Shown piece after piece: positions 63,535 through 64,000 of a stretch of DNA of 64,000 nucleotides. The position numbers were made by a program, and so were the translations under genes. This DNA comes from Octopus sinensis. Its lineage: Eukaryota. Under the pieces are notes generated by a model. The model did no database searches. It saw nothing but the letters and a program-made list of their open reading frames with translations, and was not told the DNA's origin. Where the stretch lies: contig NC_043000.1 of the NCBI RefSeq assembly GCF_006345805.1, positions 8,184,001-8,248,000 on the forward strand. The letters are read 5' to 3'. Within the stretch, counting starts at the first letter, position 1, and each line of letters starts with the position of its first letter.

Positions 63535-64000
63535 GTAAGTAAAGAAAGAAATCTATTTTCTTGATTGTGAAGCAAAAATACACCGAGATCATTTTGTGAA
63601 TGTCTGTGGCGAAAACAGAGTCGGAAATCGCTGTTAGGTTTCTGATGTCTGCTTCTCGGAAAACGAACCGAGCAGTTCTGGTCTCTCTCTACTTTGTGTC
63701 TATCTTGACAGTAGCAGCGATGAGAAGAATACCAAGTGGGGGGGTCATTTTGGTTAAGTCTACTGCTTTCACAACGATTCCTCCTTTTATATAGCCACCG
63801 AGCTGCTCTCTTTCTTCGTTTGATTTCTTTTCTTTTCTGCTGCCATACATCATGATTTGTCTTAGAATCGTCCTTATCTTTTCAGTCTTGTGATCCAGTT
63901 AATATATTTCGTCGATTTTCATTAATATAAAATGAACCACTGGTTTTGGTATCGATTTGGTAGGTTTCGCTATTGTCGAATTCATCTGATGATATTTTCT

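Overview
This is AT-rich, repeat-dense eukaryotic DNA with no prokaryotic-style genes. The mix of tRNA-derived SINEs, long microsatellites and LINE/MITE relics suggests a coleoid cephalopod, probably Octopus (inference). Most ORFs in the supplied track are artefacts of translating microsatellites or SINEs. Real protein homology is limited to dead transposon fragments: a CR1-type RT (15.0-16.3 kb), three RTE 3' ends (one with C2H2 fingers), two different R4/Dong 3' ends in (AAT)n tracts, a mariner 5' half and a possible Academ relic. There are about 40 SINE-like copies in four families and several MITE families (piggyBac-like TTAA, Tc2-like, Tigger-like, mariner-derived, fold-back, Helitron-like). 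A CpG-rich promoter-like region with a probable signal-peptide first exon lies at 62.8-63.5 kb; other host exons are only weak candidates. The strongest unusual signals are Penelope-type minimal hammerhead ribozymes sharing a non-canonical CCGANGA core: one inside a near-perfect 67-bp-arm palindrome (43.5-43.7 kb) and one with a long helix II insertion (60.6 kb). A tRNA-headed element with a damaged hammerhead-like tail lies at 1.05-1.3 kb. Coordinates were read by eye and element ends may be off by several bases.
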